A stretch of 64,000 nt of DNA from Octopus vulgaris (taxonomy: Eukaryota): NCBI GenBank assembly GCA_951406725.2, contig OX597828.1:61256001-61320000 (forward strand). The letters run 5' to 3'. Below the pieces are notes generated by a model. That model did no database searches and had not been told where the DNA came from. It saw nothing but the letters and a program-made list of their open reading frames with translations. Both the position numbers and the translations under genes were made by a program. Below, one piece after another: positions 57,011 through 64,000 of the stretch. Position 1 is the first letter of the stretch, and each line of letters begins with the position of its first letter.

Positions 57011-57051
57011 TCACTGAAGAGGTCACTGAGTGTCAGACGAAAGAACTCTGA
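57011..57051 (+). ncRNA. Minimal type I hammerhead
   Basis: TCA-CTGAAGA-gGTC...GAC-GAAA-GAAC-TC^TGA followed by AATAAA. Confidence 0.7.
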
Positions 57052-57134
57052 CAAATAAACTACTATTAATAAGAATAATTCTTTCTACAGTTGAACATTT
57101 TGCCCGGCATCCTAACGAGTCTTCCAGAATGCCG

Positions 57135-57221
<87 letters not shown>

Positions 57222-57244
57222 TAATAATAATGATAATAATAATG

Positions 57245-57298
<54 letters not shown>

Positions 57299-57309
57299 TA
57301 TAATAATAA

Positions 57310-57972
57310 TATATGTGGAGATGGACAAGAAACAATAAATCATATTATCTCTAGCTGCCCAGTCCTAGCTAAGAAGGAATATATTCACAGACATGACAGA
57401 GTTGGAACCTACATACATTGGAATCTATGCCAACATTATGGAATAACAACAGAAAAAAGATGGTATAGGCACACACCAGAAAAGGTCACAGAAAGCGAGA
57501 AAGCAACCATACTCTGGGATATGCCGATACACACAGATAGAGAAATTAAGGCCAACAGACCAGATATAGTTGTCAGAGACCATGATGAAAAAAATGCTTT
57601 CTAATTGATGTATCAATACCGGCTGATGACAACGTGTCTCTAAAAGAAATGGAGAAACTCTCAAAATACAAAGACCTGGAAATAGAGGTAACTAGAATGT
57701 GGAATCTGAAAACAGAAACAATTCCTATCATAGTAGGTGCATTAGGCATGATAAAAAAAATATTCAGACAAATACATAACAAAAACACCAGGACTTACAA
57801 ACACATATAACATACAGAAAATTGCCCTACTAGGCACTGCACACATCCTACGCAGAACACTTTCCATACAATAACAATCAGAGCATCACAACAAATCACA
57901 GCACATACCCAAGGCACACAGAGCTGCGCTCGGTAGTGAAGTGAAAGCACGCTATAAAAATAAAACTACTGA
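57310..57972 (+). mobile_element. R4/Dong-like LINE, 5'-truncated (zinc knuckle, RLE, 3' UTR), inside (AAT)n
   Basis: ICG...ETINHIISSC..L....Y..RHD..WD..I.TD....NRPDIV, then IDVSIP..KE.EKLSKY.DL. Confidence 0.92.
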
Positions 57973-58009
57973 ATAATAATAATAATAATACTATATTATA
58001 TTAATATAA

Positions 58010-58650
58010 TTTGATATAATACAAAAACTATATGACATGTCTTTGCAACTTATGATTTATCTAATTTATTGCTGTGTCTTAAATGTAGGATTGAACTTAA
58101 TTGTCCCGTACTTAAATTTAATTAATTTCTCGAAAGTAACTTTTACCTCATGAGGTAAATTCTCATTCCCTGCTTTCTAATTCATTCCTCGCTCTTCCTT
58201 CTCCTCCTCTCTTTCTCTCTCTGCCTCTCCCGGGAGAGTCCCAGTCAAAACACCGTAAGCTATGATTTTAATATAATACAAAGATATATCTAAACAATAT
58301 GTCACATGTCTGTGCAACTCTTAATTTATCTAATTTGCTGCTGTGTTTTAAGTGTAGAATTGAACTTAATTATCCCGTCCTCAAATTTAATTAATTTCTC
58401 GAAAGTAACTTTTACCCCACGAACTATATTCTTATTACCCGCTCTCTAAATTCATTCCTCGCTCCCTCTTGCTCTCTCAGCCTCTCCCTCTCTGCAAAGC
58501 AAAAGTTTTAGTTGCTACTAAAACCACGCTGGATGTTTATTTACAACCGAGAGAGTCCTTCAGCCAAAACATCGTAAGCTATGATCTTAATATAATGCAA
58601 AGATATATCTAAAAAATATATGACAAACCTCAGCAACTTTTAATTTATTT
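58010..58650 (+). repeat. Diverged tandem array, ~2.3 units of ~280-320 bp
   Basis: ttgaacttaatt.tcccgt..aaatttaattaatttctcgaaagtaacttttacc at ~58090 and ~58360; cgtaagctatgat.ttaatataat at ~58255 and ~58573. Confidence 0.85.
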
Positions 58651-58979
58651 CTTGGCAGAATCTTTTCCAGTTTGGGCCGTAAGAAGCGCTGCAGTAGGCA
58701 CCTTCTCTCAACGGTTATGCGCCCGCTTTACCCACTCCCTCTACCATCTTCCCCTTATCATTTTCCCTTATGTCCAATATCTACCTCACCTCCGTGTCTA
58801 CAACCACTCCTAAGCAGTACTCCTATTCTCCCTGTCGATCTGAATTGATTATACTGAACTTGCTTTGTTAAATGGCTCCCTTCCCTCCCTAGTTGATCTT
58901 CCTTTCCTTTTCCTTTCATTTATTTCTCTCTCTCTCTCTCTTTCTTTCTCTCTTCTTTAATTTTTTCTTTTCTCTATTG

Positions 58980-61900
58980 ATGCCAAACCTACAGAAGAGT
59001 AGGAAAGGGTGAGTATCCGGCGCTTTCAAATAACCAGTGCTCCGGGTAGGCTGTATTCTTTAGCCTCGGACTGCAATCATCCTAGGTAACGGAACACTCT
59101 GAGTCCAAAACCAGGGGAGCAAATCTCTTTCGGCTTTGGCGGACAACCTCGATGGAGATGGTGTCTCGATAAAAATACCGGTTGGTAGTAACCTAAAAAC
59201 ACACATCATTTGTGAGTGAAAATGCCAAGAAAAATACATGACGATAACGTTGTGAACGGGATTGGAACCACTGGTGAAGGTGCTGCACTCGGCAGGCACC
59301 CCACTGTGCAGCAGGGTGGGCCCGGTCTTAATCCCGCCACTACTAGCCATGCTACAAGACTTAAGTGGAGTAAACAAGTAAACAGTATGGTTATGGAGTG
59401 TTACTACCGGAGCACCCCAGTGGATTCGAATGGTGTGCCTGTCAGAGGGTACAGAAAACGAATGCACAGTGAATGGAAGGCAATGGAACAGTTCGAAATT
59501 ACTGAACAGAGATTGTGCTACCAAACAAGAGCAATACGAAGGAATGGATGGTTAACAGAATTGGAGCTAGAAGCTATTAAAAGAAGGATATCGGGTGGTG
59601 CTGGGCATCTGAGAAACGAAATTGGTATAGTGGAAGAGGTGGACACTTGCTCGCAAGAATATACTACAGTGAATTGTGAAAGAATTGGGATCAGCGACTA
59701 CTCAAACAATAAAGGTCGATTAATATTAGACAAGATTTGGGATTTATTAAATACAGAAGCAATATAATTTATGTGCAACTTCAAGAAAGCTAACCAATGG
59801 AGACTAAATCAAGAGACGGGTAAAGTGAATAGTGTATTAAAACACATCCAAACAAAGAACATCACACAAACAAATAATCTTATCCAGGCTGCAAAGTAGG
59901 ATTGTGGCAGAAAGGATGGGATTGAGAACTTCTGAGTGACGGATAGAAGAGGAAATAAACAACCTTGGTGGAAAAGGAGAATTTCAGAAGATATAAACTC
60001 TTTGAACAATGTAGTGTCAATATTTGTCAGGCAAAGAAATTCGAAAAAGTTAGAAAGAAGATACAATTGGCCTGAATGTTGTAATTGAAGAAATGAAGCA
60101 GCGCATACTTGTAAAAAAAAAGCTAAGCTAACAAAGTTTGAACAACAGATTAAGCAATACCAGCAAAACAAATTGTTTAGAACCGACCAAAAAAGATTTG
60201 ATCAAGAGATGATGATAAAAAACGTGAAAGATGCTGATGAAAGTCGACTTTTCTGGGGCAAGATATGAGGTAAGCAAGAACAACATAATACTACAGCTGA
60301 ATGGCTCTGTAGCCTGAAGCAAACAGCTTCTTATCTCCAGAAAGAGGCTATCCACTTCACAGAAGACAGTATCAGAAATATGAATAAAAAGATAAGCAAC
60401 TGGAAAGCAGCAGGACCTGATGATGTACAAGGATTTGGGATAAAGAAGTTCAATTGTCGCCATAAATTGATCGCAGAGCAATTTATTGCATTGATCAATG
60501 GAAAAGAAGAAATCCCGGGCTGGTTGAGAAAAGAACAAAACGGTGTTGTGTCTGAAAATGCTGCTGACGATTACAGACCAATTTCTTGCCTACCATTCAT
60601 ATAGACGTTACTGTCAGGAGGAATTTCAGAACTGTATAAATTTCTTGATGAGAATGATATATTACCGACGGTACAAAAGGGCTGTAGAAAGTGATGCAGA
60701 GGTACCAAAGACCAATTATTGATAGATAAAATGGTAATGCAAGATCGTAAACAAAGGAGAACACATTTGGAAATGGCCTGGATTGACTATCGCAAAGCTT
60801 ATGATATGATTCCACATTCGTGGATCATCGAGTGCTTAGATCTGTTTGGAATTGCGAGGAATGTGATGTGTTTCCTGAAGAGAAGTATGGTGAGGTGGAA
60901 AACTGAACTAACAGCTTCCGGAAAAAGCTTGGGCGCCGTGGGTATCAGAAGAAGGATTTTCCAGGTTGCTGCTTGTTCTCTGCATGATACCCCTGACCTT
61001 GGTATGGACCTGGGGTATCAACTACAGGGAAAATCTCAAGCAATCAACTACCCTCTCTTCATGGATGATTAGAAACTGTATGGCAAGGATGAGACGCATA
61101 TGAGTTCCTTGGTGAATACTGTTTTAGTGCTGATATTAGAATGGAATTTCGACTCAAAAAGTGCGGAATAATCTACCTAAAAAAGAGGCAAGCTGCAGTC
61201 CCTACCAGGGATAAAACTACTGAATAGAGACTTGATTAAATAAATTGAACCGGAAGGCTACACATACCTTGGTGTACTATAGTCCAACGATATAATGGAG
61301 AAGGAAATGAAAGAGCAACTGAGGATGAAATATTTCCGAAGACGAAGGTTGGTGTTGCGCTCAAAATTGACTGGATGGAATAAAATCCAAGCAGTTAATA
61401 CGTGAGCGATAGTATCACTTCGGTATGGAGCGGGAATTGTAAAATGGCAAAAGAGAGAAGTGAAGAAAATGGATACCAAGACCAGAAAAAAATTGACAGT
61501 ACATAGAGCCTTCCACTCTAAGAGTGATACCGATAGGCTGTACTTATCCAGAAGAAATTGTGGGAGAGGTTTGATCAGTTGCCAGGACTTTATCGAAGTA
61601 GAGGAAAACAGTTTATGGCGGTATACAAAAAGTGCCGTGGAGCCATTGTTGAAAGATACTAAGAAGGCCGACGTCATCAAAACTGAAGATTAGATGAGAC
61701 GAGGAAAGCTTGTCAGAACAGAAGGTATAGGTTTGCCAAGTGGGGAGATGATGAAGACAATTTAACCTCAATCCAGCTATAAATACCTGGCAATACTTGA
61801 GGCAGATCGAATTAAACACCACGACATGAAGGAAAAGGAAGTGCCTGCGGTGAGTGAGAACAATATTGGCTTTAAAGTTGGATGCCAGATGCATGAACTC

Positions 61901-63010
61901 GGCAATAAACTTGCGCGCAGTCGGAGTAGTTCGGTATGGCATTGGAATACTGAAGTGAATAGAGGAGGCGCTAAAGGAGATAAACAGGGAGTCAAGAAAG
62001 CTCCTAACTATGCATGGAACCTATCATCCACGTGCTGACACTGATCGCCTCTACATGAAGAGAGCAAATGGAGGAAGGGGGTTAAGTGTGGAAGACTGTG
62101 TACGTATAGAAATCGAGAGCTTAATGAGATACCTACCTGAAAGTAAGGAAACTTTGCCAGTGACAGTTAAGAACGAGGGAGTTTTGAAAGCTGAGAAATA
62201 AAGAGAAAGCAAAGGAAGAAGCCGAAAAAGGACATGAAGACGAATTGCGCAACAAAGTACTATACAATCAATACCATGTAGCCACAACAGAAGTTTATGG
62301 CAAAAACAGGTGGGATTGGAAAGGGACACTAAAATAAGAGACCGAGAGCAGCAAAAGACCACAAACTGGAGGGTCAAACTTTGGAACGAGCAAGTGTCTT
62401 CTCTGTGCCGCATCTGTAAATAGAGTGGATGAAACCATTGCTCATATCACAAACGAATGCCCTGCAAGTTGTGGCAACATGATCAGGTAGCGAAAGTGCT
62501 ACATTGGAAACTGCGAAAAGTGTGGGCTAGAGAGAGGCAAGATGTGGTATGAGCACAAACCAGAGAGAGTGGCGGAGTCGGAGAGTAGTAAAATTCTCTG
62601 AGATTTCCCAATCCAAACAGATCAGGTGCTGGAGCATAACAGACCGGACCTTGGTGGTCGACAAGATGCACCACATGTAGTATATAGTTGATGTTGCATG
62701 CCCTTTGCCCAACAAATAGTCAAGAAAGATGGCGAAAAAATAGATAAATACAACTCTCTTAAGTACGGCTATTGAAAATGAAGAAAGTAAAGATAGTTCC
62801 AATTATTGTTGGGTCCTTGGGGACAGTATCAGAAGACATCAAGGAGAATATAAAAGAAATTGGAAAAGATAATCCAGTAGAACTGTTACAAAAGGCTTGC
62901 CTCCTTGGCACGATCAGAATAATCAGGAAAGGATCAGACAGCTGAAAAGAACGGATAGCAGGGTAGCGTAGGCTGCAGGAGTTTCAACAAAACCTGTAAT
63001 AAAAAGAAGT
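58980..63010 (+). mobile_element. Decayed R4/Dong-like LINE region; chimera of two elements joined near 61700
   Basis: KWSKQVNSMVMECYY..RGYRKRM..W; WKAAGPD; YRPISCLP; AWIDYRKAYDMIPHSWI; LFMDD; thumb motifs twice; RLE remnants; ends in (AAT)n. Confidence 0.9.
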
Positions 63011-63051
63011 AATAATAATAATAATAATAATAACAATAATAATAATAATAG

Positions 63052-63529
63052 TAAATGCCCTGATGCAGTATAAATGCCCTGATGCAGTATAAATGTCCTG
63101 ATGCAGTACCAGGCAGTGGCTCTCGTGGCTTCTGATCTTAACTGATTGGAATTGTTATCATGTACATTATTTTGTCTTGGTATAAAAGATGGACTACAGC
63201 AAATATTCTGCTCAATACCACATATTTGCTTGTCAGTTGCTTGACCTTAACCAGTTGAGCATGTCCCTTAGTGGCTGACGATATAAGCATCTCTGATCGC
63301 GAGCAGAAGTAGTAAGGGGAGCATCATTAGGGTTTGAATAATTCACCTTTGCAAACATGGGTGTTTCGTTCAACATCCTTAAACAACCCTTATTCGGGGA
63401 CCGTTTGAGCAGCTTGGGTTACTTGACTAGAAGAAAATTCTAACTGGGCCCCACCTGCAAGGTCATGTGCTGTTTATCTTAATATTTTACCCCAGTGTCA
63501 ATTTGATGGCATGCACTGCTCTCTCACTC

Positions 63530-63530
<1 letters not shown>
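63052..63530 (+). mobile_element. Copy 3 of the non-coding (TAA)n-embedded retroposon, with internal deletions
   Basis: Reverse complement of 26501-27078; (AAT)n on both sides. Confidence 0.8.
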
Positions 63531-63597
<67 letters not shown>

Positions 63598-64000
63598 TAA
63601 AAAACATAATAATGATAATAATAATAATCTACTAGACAGATGGAAGAGCATTGTAGAAAACGAAGGAGATTATATTTTAGGTTTTTGAAAAATAAAAGTA
63701 TAAAAAACCGCATTATTTATGGGATTACCAATATATATATAATAATAATAAAGGGTAAAATCATAAATGATTTTTACCTAGTGGTCAGCGCGGAAATAAA
63801 TTCTCGTAATTAAAATTTTATAAATATTTTATGAGAGAAGGATATGAATTCTACTTTGCAGTATATATCTGCGAGTCTCGAGGGGTATAAGATAAGCGAA
63901 AGCGCAGCTCGCTTGCGTATCCGTAGCCACTCGTATTTATATGCCTGGGTATACTGACGCTGATGAAGACAAAAAGGTAAAGTTTTTTATTAGTTCAAGC

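Noticed and set aside
63052-63108. 19-bp triple repeat as a CRISPR-like array
   Set aside because: No spacers, eukaryotic context, part of a retroposon end
63956-64000. GACG-CTGATGA near the window end
   Set aside because: Truncated by the window edge; fold cannot be evaluated

Overview
Eukaryotic, AT-rich, gene-poor and repeat-saturated DNA. The SINE families and the (TA)n/(TAA)n/(CATA)n microsatellites look like an octopus genome (inference from recalled repeat consensus, not a search). No host protein-coding gene can be supported; most ORFs in the track are microsatellite artefacts. Recognisable content is decayed transposons: R4/Dong-like RLE LINEs in (TAA)n, CR1-like and L1/Tx1-like LINE ends, a Ty3/gypsy integrase remnant with its LTR, Helitrons, Tc1/mariner, a probable Chapaev3 element, tRNA-derived SINEs and Penelope-like elements (PLEs, Naiad-type). 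The main signal is non-coding. About a dozen loci carry type I hammerhead ribozyme (HHR) folds, found by eye on both strands. They sit in short (TA)n-anchored modules, often fold-back inverted repeats, and many have a different palindrome in stem III. One lies in a ~362-nt direct-repeat unit resembling a circular-RNA retrozyme. All folds were paired by hand; none is computationally or experimentally validated.
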